Positions 24,758 through 37,860 of a DNA stretch of 64,000 nt are shown one piece after another (position 1 is the first letter of the stretch; every line of letters begins with the position of its first letter). Source of the DNA: Squalus acanthias (taxonomy: Eukaryota); assembly GCA_030390025.1 (NCBI GenBank), contig CM059437.1:54808001-54872000 (forward strand), read 5' to 3'. Under the pieces are notes generated by a model, which saw only the letters and a list, made by a program, of their open reading frames with translations, made no database searches and was not told the origin of the DNA. The position numbers and the translations under genes were made by a program.

Positions 24758-27525
24758 TTCAGCCAATGTCCCAAACTCCTCCATCACCATCCCTGGGTAT
24801 TGTCCTGTCCCACTGGTAGGACAGACCCACCAGGGGTGGCGGCACAGTGGTATACAGTCGGGAAGGAGTGGCCCTGGGAGTCCTCAACATTGACAAGGAA
24901 CCCATGAAGTCTCATGGCTTCAGGTCAAGCATGGGCAAGGAAACCTCCTGCTGATCACCACCTACCACCCTCCCTCAGCTGATGAATCAGTACTCCTCCA
25001 TGTTGAACACCATTTGGAAGATGCACTGAGAGTAGCAAGGGCACAGAATGTACTCTGGGTGAGGGACTTCAATGTCCATCAGCATGAGTGGCTCGGTAGC
25101 ACCACTACTGACCATGCTGGCCGAGTCCTGAAGGACATAGCTGCCAGTCTGGACCTGCGACAGGTGGTGAGAAAACCAACACGAGGGAAAAACCTACTTG
25201 ACCTTGTCCTCACCAATCTACCTGTCACAGATGCATCTGTCCATGACAGTATTGGTAGCAGTGGCCACCGCACAGTCATTGTGGAGACGAAGTCCCGTCT
25301 TCACACTGAGGACACCCTCCATCGTGTTGTGTGGCACTACCACCGTGCTAAATGGGATAGATTCAGAACAGATCTAGCAGCTCAAAACTGGGCATCCATG
25401 AGGCGCTGTGGGCCATCAGCAGCAGCAGAATTGTATTCCACCACAATCTGTAACCTCATGGCCTGGCATAACCCTCACTCTACCATTACCATCAAGCCAG
25501 GGGACCAACACTGGTTCAATAAGGAGTGTAGAAGAGCATACCAGGAGCAGCACCAGACGTGCCTAAAAATGAGCTGCCAACCTGGGGAAGCTTCAACACA
25601 GGACACTACATGCATGCTAAACAGCGGAAGCAGCATGCTATAGACAGGGCTAAGCGATCCCACAATCAACGGATCAGATCAAAGCTCTGCAGTCCTGCCA
25701 CAACCAGTCGTGAATGGTGGTGGACCATTAAACAACTAACGGTAGGAGGAGCCTCCATGAATATCCCAATCGTCAATGATGGTGGAGCCCAGCACGTGAG
25801 TGCCAAAGACAAGGCTGAAGCGTTTGCAACCATCTTCAGCCAGAAGTGCAGAGTGGATGATCCATATCGGCCTCCTCCTGAGGTCCCCGCCATCACAGAA
25901 GCATATCTTCAGCCAATTCGATTCGCTCCACATGATATCAAGAAACGGCTGAGCGCACTGGATACAGCAAAGTCTATGGGCCCTGACAACATCCCGGCTA
26001 TCGTGCTGAAGACGTCTGTTCCAGAACTAGCCTCGCCTCTAGCCAAGCTGTTCTAGTACAGCTACAACACTGTCATCTATCCGACAATGTGGAAAACTGC
26101 CCAGGTATGTCCTGTCCATAAAAAGCAGGAAAAATCCAATCTGGCCAATTACCGCCCCATCAGTCTACTCTCAATCATCAGCAAAGTGATGGAAGGTGTC
26201 ATCGACAGTGCTATCAAGTGGCACTTACTCACCAATAACCTGCTCACTGATGCCGAATTTGGGTTCCACCAAGACCACTCGGCTCCCAATCTCATTACAG
26301 CCTTGGTCCGAACATGGACAAAGGAGCTGAATTCCAGAGGAGAGGTGAGAGTGACTGCCCTTGACATCAAGGCAGCAATTGACCGAGTCTGGCATCAAGG
26401 AGCCCTAGTAAATCTGAAGTCAATGGGAATCAGGGGGAAAACACTCCACTGGCTGGAGTCATACCTAGCACAAAGGAAGATGGGTTTGGTGGTTGAAGGT
26501 CAATCATCACAGCCCCAGGACATCGCTGCAGGAGCTCCTCAGGGCAGTGTCCTAGGCCCAACCATCTTCAGTTGCTTCATCAATGACCTTCCCTCCAACA
26601 TAAGGTCAGAAATAGGGATGTTTGCTGATGATAGCACAGTGTTCAGTGCCATTCACAACTCCTCAGATAAGGAAGCAGTCCATGCCCGCATGCAGCAAGA
26701 CCGGGACGACATTCAGGCTTGAGCTGATAAGTGGCAGGTAACATTCGCGCCACAGAAGTGCCAGGCAATGACTATCTCCAACAAGTGAGAGTCTAACCAC
26801 CGCCCCTTGACGTTCAATGGCATTACCATCGCAGAATCCCCCACCATCAACATCCTGGGGGTCACCATTGACCAGAAACTTAACTGGACCAGCCACATAA
26901 ATACTGTGGCAACAAGAGCAGGTCAGAGGCTAGGTATTCTGTGGCGAGTGTCTCACCTCCTGACGCCCCAAAGCCTTTCTACCATCTATAAGGCACAAGT
27001 AAGGAGTGTGATGGAATACTCTACACTTGCCTGGATGAGTGCAACTCCAACAACACTCAAGAAGCTCGACACCATCCACAACAAAGCAGCCCGTTTGATT
27101 GGCACCCCATCTACCACCTTAAACATTCACTCCCTCCACCACTGGCGTACCGTGGCTGTAGTGTGTACCATCTACAAGATTCACTGCAGCAACTCGCCAA
27201 GGCTTCTTCGGCAGCACCTCCCAAACCCGCGACCTCTTCCACCTAGAAGGACAAGGGCAGCAGGCGCATGGGAACACCACCACCTCCAAGTTCCCCTCCA
27301 AGTCACACACCATCCTGACTTGGAAATATATCGCCGATCCTTCATCGTTGCTGGGTCAAAATCCTGGAACTCCCTACCTAACAGCACTGTGGGAGTACCC
27401 TCACCACATGGGCTGCAGCGGTTCAAGGAGGCGGCTCACCACCACCTTCTCAAGGGCAATTACGCATGGGCAATAAATACTGGCCTTGCCAGTGACGCCC
27501 GCATCCCATAAAAAAGAATTAAAAA
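24758..27525 (+). mobile_element. HER1/CR1-like LINE, 5'-truncated in APE, with RT and 3' tail (disrupted)
   Basis: ORFs 25014, 25559, 26087 ([20 protein letters not shown]) and 26807; tail gggcaataaatactggccttgccagtgacgccc plus A-rich end; absent from the paralogous site at about 28990. Confidence 0.92.
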
Positions 27526-27734
27526 ACCACAGTCAGCAGCAGAACTCACTGATCAAGTGGCATAAGAGTTGGGTATTTTCCTTCTTTAACATAGTCAGGG
27601 GGCAATGCAGCTGCAGGCAGAGGAGTTGTTGGGTCAGTTCAAAACACAACGGTGGCGTGCGGGTGGCGGCAAGTACTTCAGCAAATAATGTTAGGGGTTT
27701 GACTGCCCAGGGAGGTCTGGGTGGCCAGGGGTGA

Positions 27735-29160
27735 GAGATTGTGGTGGAATATAATTCTGCTGCTGCTGATGGGCCACAGCACCTCATGGATGCTCAGTTT
27801 TGAGCTGCTAGATCTGTTCTTAATCTATCCCATTTAGCATGGTTGTCATCTTCCATCTGCCATAGGCCCAGTCTGGCAGTTAAAGTCTTCAGGACTCGGC
27901 CAGCTAGGTCAGTAGTGGTGTTACCAAGCCACTCTTGGTGTTGGACATTGAAGTCCCTACCCAGAGTGCATTCTGTGCCCGTGCCACCCTCAGTGCTTCT
28001 TCCAGGTCGTGTTCAAAATGGAGAAGTACAAATTGATCAGCTGAGGGAGGGCAGTAGGTGGTAATCAGCAGGAGGTTTCCTTGCCTATGTTTCACCTGAT
28101 GCCATGAGACTTCATGGGGTTCGGAGTCACTGTTGAGGACTCCCAGGGCCACTCGCTCCTGACTATACACCACTGTGCCGCTACCTCTGGCGGGTCTGTC
28201 CTGCCGGTGAATATACAGGATAGTGATGGAGGAGGAGTCTGGGACATTAGCTGAAAGGTATGAGTATGACTATGTCAGGCTGTTGCTTGACTAGTCTGTG
28301 GGACAGCTCTCCTAATTTTGGCACAAGTGCCCAGAAGTTAGTGACGAAGATTTTGCAGGGTTGTCCGGGCTGGATGTGCCTTTGCCATGTCCAAATCTGG
28401 TGTCTCGGTCGATGCCGAGTTGTTTGTCTGGTTTTATTCTTATTGTTTTTCCTAGCAGTTTGAGTGGCTTGCTAGGCCATTTCAGAGGGCAGTTAAGAAT
28501 CTAGCACATTGCTGTGGGTCTGGATTCACATAAAGGCCCCACCAGTTAAGTGCAACAGATTTCCTCCCCTAAAGGGCATTAGTGAACCAGATGTTTTTTT
28601 GCGACAATCCGGTATTTCCGTGGTCACCATTACTGACACTAGCTTTTTATTCCAGATTTATTTAATTAACTGAATTCAAATTCCACAGCTATCCTGTTGG
28701 GATTTGAACTCATGACTCTGGATCATTAGTCCAGGCCTCTGGGTTACTAGGAGTACTATTCTATCGTTTCTAACATTGAAGGTCTTTAGAAAACCACAAT
28801 GGTACTCTTGGCTAGAGTTCTGCTGCAATGTTTAAGTTATAAAGATGTAGGACCGTGGATTCTACTGATCCATGTCATTGAAGGTATTGACTGGCGTTGA
28901 CATAGATCCCGAAAGGCTAACAGACATTCAGCTCAGTGAAGAGTAGGCCAGGGCGATAGAGTGAAGGATAGGCCTTCTTAGTTCACCACTGTCAGCAGCA
29001 GAACTCACTGATCAAGTGGCATAAGAGTCGTTTTTTCCTTCCTGAACATAGTCAGGAGGCAATGCAGCTGCAGGCAGGGGAGTTGTTGGGTCAGCTCAAA
29101 ACACAACGGAGGCGTGCGGGTGGCGGCAAGTGCAGTAAATAAGGTTAGGGGTTTGACTGC
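27735..29160. repeat. Second copy of a local direct duplication of 23370-24757 + 27530-27712
   Basis: Same minus-strand headed LINE with shared diagnostic deletions and the same flank (aaaccacaatggta...ttagttcaccact-gtcagcagcagaactcactg...ggggtttgactgc). Confidence 0.85.
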
Positions 29161-30399
29161 GCTGCGAGGCCTGGATAGTACAGGATGAAGGGTACTGGAA
29201 GAGGGGCCCATGGCCAATCACAACTGACGGTTTGGGGAAAGCGAAAGAGAAAGCTTAGAAATCATTCACAGTTTAAAGTTTAAAAGGCACCTTATGGAGG
29301 GGCAGGTGCAATTATATCAGCCTCAAAGGGAAACCCAACGTGATCAGGAAGCAGTTCTGCACCACACCTGGTCTGGAGAAGATATGGAAGGTCAGATGCT
29401 ATACCACCAGCTGTGGAATGAGCAAACTCTTCATCGGGCATGGATACTTCAGCTCCGTAGATAGTGAATCGGTGAGGGCAACCGTTGCTGAATCCCATGG
29501 GAAGCGCCCAGCTACGGCTTCAGGATAAAGCTATCAGTGGTTGATAGTTTGGGTCCACTATCAGCCACTGATAATACTAGGTAATGTCAGCAGGTCCTGC
29601 TGCAGAATACATGGAGCCAGGGTGGGATTAAGGGATCAGGCACAACGGCCATGTCTGGGAGTACATTTAATTTCACGAAAAATTGTGCTCTGCTCATTCA
29701 TATATTACATGTTAAATAAACCAGCTTTTTGGATTACATTTGACCTCCTCTCACCAGAGTGTGTTCACGCCGAAGCAAGTGTGAGATTACAGTATCCAGG
29801 AAACGGGGCTTTCATTGTTACCATCCTGTGACCGGCTGGGATAACTAGATATTGAGCAGTAAAGGTAAATGTGAGGCCTGTTTAAGTGTATGCCTGGTGA
29901 CGCTGAACACAAGAGAATAATGAATAGGTGGAAACAGGGCGACCGGAAATTTGTAACAGTATTGGGCTAATGCTGCAGGTTTCTGAAGTTCCAACTATGC
30001 AGATTACTGAGGAAGAGTAGATGGAGTTGCACTCTGAAACTGGAGGTGGTATACCTGACCTGGGAGTGTTTGACACTGGCATGGGATGCCTGAAATCGGA
30101 GGTGTTTCTCCCCCACCGCTTACATTCCTTACATCCATAAGAAGAAAATTTTGCAAAAAAGTGACTCGGGCCTAACAACATTAACAGCAAAAAAAATTCA
30201 GCCTACCATCATTACAACGTATATTTCAAAAATAAGAATCAAGTTTATATCCATAATTATATTATCGTTACGGCACTTCTTCCTCGTTCCTGTGATAGCT
30301 ATAGTGACCAAGTTGAATATTACATTCGAAAAGAATACTCAGATTAAATCTTTAATATAATAATCCTTTCCCCGGAGTCTCAATTTTATATCTTTGTAT

Positions 30400-31025
30400 T
30401 CCTTCTTGGATGTGAGTGTTGCTGACAAGGCCAGCATTTACTACCCACCCTTAGTTGCCCAAATAGCGATTTGTTAGAAATAAAAACAGAAAATGCTGGA
30501 AATACTCAGCAGGTCAGGCAGCATCTGCGGAGAGAGAAACAGAGTCAACGTTTCAGGTCGGTGACCTTTCGAACGGTCATCAACCTGAAACGTTAACTCT
30601 CTTTCTCTCTCTACAGATGCTGCCTGACCTGCTGAGAGTTTCCAGCATTTTCTGTTTTTATTTCAGATTCCCAGCATCCGCCGTGTTTTGCTTTTGTCCT
30701 AGCGATTTGTTGAAACTGGGTGGTTTGTGAGACCACTTCAGCGGGCAGTTCATTGTCAACCACGTTGATGTGGGACTGGAGTCACATGTAGACCAGATCG
30801 GGTAAGGGTGGCGGATTTCCTTCCCTGAAGGACATGAATGAACCAAAAGGCTGTTTACACCAAACCGACAACTGCATGTCACTTTTACTGATACCAGTTT
30901 TTCTTAACTGAATTCCAATTCTCAAACCGCCACGGTGGGGTTTGAGCTCACGTTCTATGGATTATTAGTCCAGGCCTCTAATTTGATTACTGGTCAAGTA
31001 ACATAACCACAACGCTACAGTACCC
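30400..31025 (-). mobile_element. HE1-type tRNA-derived SINE, interrupted at 30476-30699
   Basis: Head and body match 17224-17555 and the tail matches the LINE 3' end. Confidence 0.75.
30476..30699. mobile_element. Palindromic Penelope-derived insertion with 12-bp TSD
   Basis: TAGCGATTTGTT at 30464-30475 and 30700-30711; about 90-bp inverted arms centred near 30570. Confidence 0.8.
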
Positions 31026-31831
31026 TCAATGAGTTACAGTACCCTCAATGAGTTACAACCAGAACAGCAAGAAAACGAATAACACAAGTTAAGGATTATT
31101 CTTCACACCCAAAGCTCTGCAGTCAGAGAGGAATCGTGTGATTTGGCAGTCTGGGAGCAGAGGGTCGCAGAGAACCCAAATTAGTTAAAGGTCACTTTTC
31201 CACAATTATCTTGCAGACAAACATATTTCTCGAAGTTCACTTCCTGTACCCGCTATTCTGTTTGCCCGTGCTCTCGACATTAACCTTTAATTTCTATCTG
31301 TATGATTGGCAGGAACCGAGAGTAGAAAAGCACAGTAATTGCAATGAAAGTTTCAAACCGCCTCTCCGGGCTCATCTCCCGCCACTATCTTTTAGCAAGA
31401 TTTGTTTATTGATCGATTGAAACAGGTGGACTTTTGCAGTTTTAACTACACGCAGAATTTGATTTTATATTTGCCGACAATTATGGGCAATTGTAACTTT
31501 AGTTTAACTGAATTTATTTTACTCGTTCATTCGATTTTTTCCAACCCCACCCCACCCCCCTCCCCCCAATGATGTGACAACAACCAGGGTAAAATGTGAA
31601 GCGGGGGAAGGACTTAAAGCCTTAAATTGATTGTTTCCGCACTGAAGTTGCAGGTATTGGCTATCGCTGGGTTCAACGCTGCTACTTCTGGTGGGCGACA
31701 GCTATTCTCAAAATACTGATCAGCAGAACCGGGCTTTGAACTGCACGCGTAACCGAATGTTTCAATCTCTGGTGACTCTTGCAAACCTCAGCTAATTCAA
31801 TACGGATGTTCTCCGGTATTGTCTCGTAAAT

Positions 31832-32249
31832 ATGAATATTATTACATTAATATTGATACAGATGTCTAATTTCTGCGCAAGCTGGGCACTGACTGTTGCC
31901 GAAGGGATGTGGGTCGAGCTGACCCCAGATTTTCTCTCTGTATCTGAAGGAGGGACAGCGACGCTGACCTGCGCCTATTTTGCTGATAAAATTCAAGACT
32001 TTGCAATCAACTGGCTTCACCAGCCAAGAAACCAAACTAATCAGGCGTATATTTTTTACATGGACAAGTCCACGGGAAACCTTTCAATCCGACTGATAAA
32101 TAAAACAGACCAAGAGCGAAACATAAGCCAGTTATCAATAACGAGCCTTCGGCAGCAAGACAGCGGCACATATTATTGTGAACTGATGATTCTGAGTCCA
32201 CCTTCCACTGAAGGTGTGAAAGGGAATGGAAGCAGATTGACAGTAACAG
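31832..32249 (+). CDS. VJ-type IgSF receptor, exon 1: signal peptide plus IgV domain
   Basis: MNIITLILIQMSNFCASWALTVAEG then MWVELTP...ATLTC...INW...LSITSLRQQDSGTYYC...GNGSRLTV; phase-1 donor GTAGGT at 32250; five N-glycosylation sequons. Confidence 0.88.
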
Positions 32250-33282
32250 GTAGGTTCCATTATTTAAGTTTCAAAATGTGGAACTATTTATAGGACTTAA
32301 TTGTAATTCAACCTGCCACATCCTTGCATTTAGGGCCAAGTGTTCATTAGTGATATGAAAGTTAAAGCAGTTGGACACCGGGCTGAGTTCTGTGATCTCA
32401 GCCAGGAGCTATGGATGATGAGATACAATTGGCCAAGCCCTCCGGCTAGGGAGGGAGAATCAGCAGGACTGCTGCTCCTGGTCATAACTCAGTGTCAGTG
32501 ATTCTTGTTGGAAAGTGCGAAGGTGTTGGGGGGTGGGGCCAGGAGCGGGCTGGGTAAAAGAGCAAGGCTCGCTGAGAATGGAGACTTGGGAGAAGTGAAA
32601 TGGGGCGATCGGTATCGGTGGAACGCTACACCCAGCAACAAACAAGGCCTTCGGGGGAGGAGGAAGGCCAACATAGGCACAAAAATGGATATGTTCAACA
32701 ATGCAACTGGATTCAGTGAATCAATGTGGACAACCTGAATACAATTTTACTCCAGATCCGTCTGGTAATTAGCACTGATGTGGATGTAGATCAGGGTTAG
32801 TGTGACAGCGGCATTTTAATCTAAACGTTATTTTCTGATCGGTATTACAGTGATGTTCAATATTTCCAGACAAAATTGTAAATAGATCAATAGATAGCGG
32901 CTGTCCAACAATTATTCAGTTCTTCTCAATATTACTTCGCAACCAGAATTTGCACCATCTCCTTGATCCACGTGAGAACTTTGAATGTCAAGACTGCTGA
33001 GCATGAACTTCATTATATGTTTGGAGAGTAACTGTACTGGTGAATGCTGTACAATCCACACCAATACATCTGTGACTTGGATTAACATCGCCAAGAGGAT
33101 GTAGTGATCTCTAGATTTCAGCTTACTGCTGGTCGATGAGAATGTTGAGTCCTTTATGTGCAGATCTATGGTTGTAAACAAACAGAAAATATAATTAATC
33201 CGTAATGTTGTTGACTTTTCCTAACTTCATTCGGAATGTTGGGTTTTACTGAAGTCATTTTTGACTTTATGTTTTCTGATAG

Positions 33283-33330
33283 TTACTGCACAACTTATTT
33301 CAAGAAATGCAGCACAACCGGCACAAGCAG
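33283..33330 (+). CDS. Receptor exon 2: stalk (VTAQLISRNAAQPAQA)
   Basis: ttttctgatag acceptor, CAG|GTAATG donor, phase 1-1, 48 nt. Confidence 0.7.
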
Positions 33331-33863
33331 GTAATGCCGCAAACCAACCAGACTTAACGTTTCGACTAAATTCTATCGCAGATGCCCGGCACAGTATTGT
33401 TAATTTCTACCCCTGTGCAATGAGGCCGAACAGTCGGCAGCCAACGTGTCAACGGCTCAAACTCAGAATTTTAAACACTGACCGTCCAATCACGTCCTGG
33501 GATATTAGATGACCAACGCTCAACTTTCTGGAAATTCATCTCTCGACCGTTTTAGAAGAGGCGTTAAACTTTTCATTTAAAATGAGATAACATTTCAGCT
33601 AAAACAGCCGAGATGGGAAATTAAGACCAACGCCTCGGCGTAATATCAGGGTTCCAGCGTTTTAATTCATTTGATTAAAGGTTATAAAGTGACGAGAACC
33701 CATAACAACATATACATCGTGGGGTTATCTCACAGTGAGATGTGCAATAATAGTAATTTCTCTTTTACTTGTTTTCAATTAAAACCAGATTCGTTGAAGG
33801 ACGTATAGTTTGGTGGAATTTGTACGTTCAATTGTGATAAATATATGCACATTTCTTTTAAAG

Positions 33864-33971
33864 AATCTGATTCCTGGAAAATCAAAAGTTCGTGGCCTTA
33901 TCTGCTGCTGTGTCTGTCGGTGCTTTCATTCCTTATTTTACTCCTAGCTGTATGCAGCTGGAAAGCGAAAC
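33864..33971 (+). CDS. Receptor exon 3: transmembrane (ESDSWKIKSSWPYLLLCLSVLSFLILLLAVCSWKAK)
   Basis: tttcttttaaag acceptor, GTAAGT donor at 33972, phase 1-1; uncharged hydrophobic helix of about 21 aa followed by basic stop-transfer residues. Confidence 0.85.
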
Positions 33972-34299
33972 GTAAGTGTTATACTTTCATTACCAATGTT
34001 AGATGCATATATCCTACTTTCACTATAAATATAAAATAGTCTCATATATTAATATAATGATGTATTTTAACAAAGGTTTGAGGTCAAGCGGAAACTGTTG
34101 CTGTTCGTGTTCATAGAATGATACAGAATCATAGAAAGATGCAGCATAAAAGCAGGCCAGTCGGCCCATCTTGCCCGTGCCGGAATGTGTTATATATGTG
34201 CTTAGATATGGTAACTGGAATATGTCAAAGCTTGTAATTGCTGTAAAATTTTTATAACATATATTTGTAATACAAAAAACAATTTGCCACATCAAGTAG

Positions 34300-34690
34300 G
34301 AGTGCGGTAGCATAATGGTAATGTTACTGGGCTAGTACTCCCGAGGCCTAGACTAATGATCTTGGAGACGTGAGTTCACATCCCACGAAATTTAAACTCT
34401 GTTAATTAAATAAATCTGCAATATTAAAAAAGCTAGTATCAGTAATAGTGACCATGAAACTGCCAGATTGTCGTAAAAGCCCATCTGGTTCACTAATCCC
34501 CTTTAGGGAAGGAAATCTGCCATCCTTACCTGGTCTGGCCTATATGTGACTCCAGACACACAGCAATGTGGTTGACTCTTAACAGTTCCTCTGAAAAGGC
34601 AGCTCGCCACCACCCTCTCAAGGGCAATTAGGGATGGGCAATAAATGCTGGCCTTGCCAGCGACGCCCATATCCTGTGAATGAATTTTTT
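34300..34690 (+). mobile_element. HE1-type tRNA-derived SINE in receptor intron 3
   Basis: tRNA-like head, conserved body, tail gggcaataaatgctggccttgccagcgacgccc. Confidence 0.85.
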
Positions 34691-36483
34691 AAAAGTCCAC
34701 CATTTCTACAAGCCCTGAGATAAAGTTTTATAAAATTTCTCCCTGCACTCTAAACGTAATCCAATTATCAATCCATCGCCATATCGCCACTATTTAACCA
34801 ATATGACGTTTTCTTGCTTACAACTGCGCACCAGCTATCGTGTATCACAGGATAATAGTTATCTATATCCTCATTCGAGTGTTCCTGTAAGCGTCACCCC
34901 TATCCTAAGCAGATATTTGTCCTATTGTATTTTTCAAAGTTGCCTGTTTTTTGGGGGGGAGTTTGTTCAGCTACTCTGCGGTATAAATTGTACTCGTGTC
35001 TTTTCATTCTGGGCTCACAGTCCAAGCCAGCTTACCTTTGCATTATACGTGTCTCTCAGCAGTTTAAGACCTAGATTTTGACCCAATGTTCCTTTTCTAA
35101 ATGAAAATATATTGAGCTCTCCAAAACGTAACACCCTGAGACTGGACATCATCAGCAAAGTGTTCTCAACTCTCAATCCAACGCATAATAATGTATTTTG
35201 GAGGTACAATGCACTGACTCTATACAGTGATGTACACAAGGTTAGAACAGCTTGTTCTTCCGGATTATAAAGCATCTCTAGAGGGAACCTAGTACTGGCT
35301 TCACCTTGTTAATAGCTAGAAACTTTAACTGAAATAATCACACTCAAGCACTTTTCTTTTTCAACCTTTATACATGAATGTTCTTTTGTGATGTATCTCC
35401 CCGTTTACCATGTTTATAATTGTGTTATTTTAATACTTTTTTTAAACTAGGCCCAGTGGCCTATCACTCCCTAGAAGTCCAATGTTGTTGTCCCCATAAG
35501 GGGAGACACTTGCATCCCGCGGGGTTGTGCTTACCAGGTCCCACGATTTTCACTGTCTTATTTAAAAAAAAGTGGACCGATTCGTGGTGTACACGTTTCA
35601 TGTTTTCTGTTCCAATATAGATTACTTCACATCTATTCACATTGAATTCCATCTAGTGTCCTTAGGCCATCTGCTCCAGTGGTTCACAACTGTATGAATT
35701 CTCAATTCCCCATATGCTCCAGTTATGCATAACATTACAGCTAGGCTGAGTTAGTTCTCTCAGTGTCAATAGCATTACAGAATATATGGTTAAACATTGC
35801 TTTAATTGTCGTGTGTATAATGCTACAGTGTATGATGTGGATAGGCTCTGTTACCTCTATTGCTGTATCTAACGTTACACGTATGGTGCAGCTAAGCCGT
35901 TCTAACCATTTGTGTGTATATTACAGTCTATAGTGCAGTTAGACTTATACCGCTAATATAAAAGTCTGGCAAATGTATTCAGTAGCTTTGTTATAAGGAT
36001 CTGTTGACTTGTTTTATGTTCTACAGCGGTTTATTGAAAATATTGAACCTTGACGTCTTGTAAATCTCATTGATTCTCAGACAGCTATAAGGCAAATCTA
36101 GAGTCATTCAGTATAACAGTGCTTCAGTGGGCTGTAGTCCACAACTCACTGTCGCGTAATGGTGCAGCATTTACAATTCAGTAAAATTGCTCCGTGATTC
36201 TGGTCCCAAGTAGTGTTGCTCCATGTTTTATCACCTATTCTGCATAAAATACTTCTTGCGGTTCCAGATTAAAAGATTCTAGTAGCAATAATTCTTTAGA
36301 CTCTTGCAAATAGATAATACTGAGACTGGCCGAATGCACGTCCTCACACTGCAGGCCGCTGCAATACATTGAATGATCGGTCTTCTGGTTTTTTTTCCTG
36401 AGAATAAAGTTAATTACAGTTACAGTTTTAGCATAACGCAGAAGTTTCGCATGTAATGACACTCGGTTGTTTTGTAATTCCAG

Positions 36484-36533
36484 AGAAACAGTTAGTTGAA
36501 TGCAGCGCCTCGTCTACTGGCACCGACCCAGAG
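36484..36533 (+). CDS. Receptor exon 4: cytoplasmic (QKQLVECSASSTGTDPE)
   Basis: ttgttttgtaattccag acceptor, GAG|GTACTG donor; phase 1 to 0 bridges exons 3 and 5 in frame. Confidence 0.65.
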
Positions 36534-37269
36534 GTACTGTACCTGTAATAATTATGTTTAACACAATGGGGCCACGTCCTGCACTTTGCAAAGCTGTGGT
36601 TTTAGTCTGACGCACAAGCAAAAAAAAACACATACTACGCAACCGAGTGTTTTTGTTAAGATTTAGCAGTAGTTACTGATCGTTTCTTCCATTCTTCGGT
36701 AGTTTTGCTTTGTAACATGACAAGTTTAATTAAAGCAGAATCATTTTAGGATCAAGTCCCGAAATCGTTGTTTTTAAAAGTTATCACTGAAAAACATGGT
36801 GAAAGATCAAGGGCCATGGTGCGAAACAGCACCTAGAATGAGAAAAGCAAATTGCAGGACGATATAAAAATAGCGAATAGTGCTGACATCAACAAGAAAG
36901 AAAAAATTAGCGTTCATTTATATAGCGCCTTTCGGGACACCTGAATTTCACATAGCACTTCACGGATTTAAGTTTGAAATATATTGGGGGGTTAATTTGA
37001 ATCTAACTCGCTGGGTGGGAAAGTGACGCGATCAGATGGCCACTGTCGTTAGGTAGAGAAACATGTTGATATATGGACAATGTTGGGCTTTAAAAGGGTG
37101 AAGATTGTTGAAGGGAGGGAGATTGAAGTAGTTAAGGAGTTCTGCGCCAGTAATCAACGCGGAGGTTGTCCCGATCCCCAGCCGTAACTTCCGGTGGAAA
37201 GGCCTGAGAAACGGCGTAAACAGGCGCTAGGGAAGGAAACAGCAGTGCGTCTCGATGTCAACACGTGGA

Positions 37270-37860
37270 CTATGCAGGAACCTGTATAAAACACTGGTTC
37301 GGCCTCAACTGGAGTATTGTGTCCAATTCTGGGCACCGCACTTTAGGAAGGATGTGAAGGCCTTAGAGAGGGTTTAGAGAGAAAAGATTTACGAGAATGG
37401 TTCCAGGGATGAGGGACTTCAGTTATGTGGATAGAGTAGAGAAGCTGGGGTTGTTCTCCTCAGAGCAGAGAAGATTGAGATGGTATCTGATAGAGGTGTT
37501 CAATATCATGAGGGGGTCTAGACAGAGTAGATAGAGAGAAACTGTTCCCATTGGCGTAAGGGTCGAGAACCAGAGGACACCGATTTAAGGTGATTGGCAG
37601 AAGAACTAAAGGCGACATGAGGAAAAACTTTTTTACGCAGCAAATGGTTATGATCTGGAATGCACTGCCTGAAAGGGTGGTGGAGGCAGATTCAATTGTG
37701 GCTTTCAAAAGGGAATTGGATAAGTACCTGAAGGAAAAAAATGCAGGGCTACGGGAAAGGGCAGGGGAGTGGGACTAGCTGAAGTGCTCTTGCAGAGAGC
37801 CGGCACGGTCTCGACGGGCCGAATGGCCTCCTTCTGTGCTGTAACCATTCTATGATTCTA
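37270..37860 (+). mobile_element. CR1 3' fragment in receptor intron 4
   Basis: Closely matches the reverse complement of 15757-16340. Confidence 0.88.

Noticed and set aside
31016-31057. 19-bp tandem duplication (tacagtaccctcaatgagt); similar short repeats near 41107
   Set aside because: Two or three copies with no spacers; slippage or an insertion-site scar, not a CRISPR or functional array
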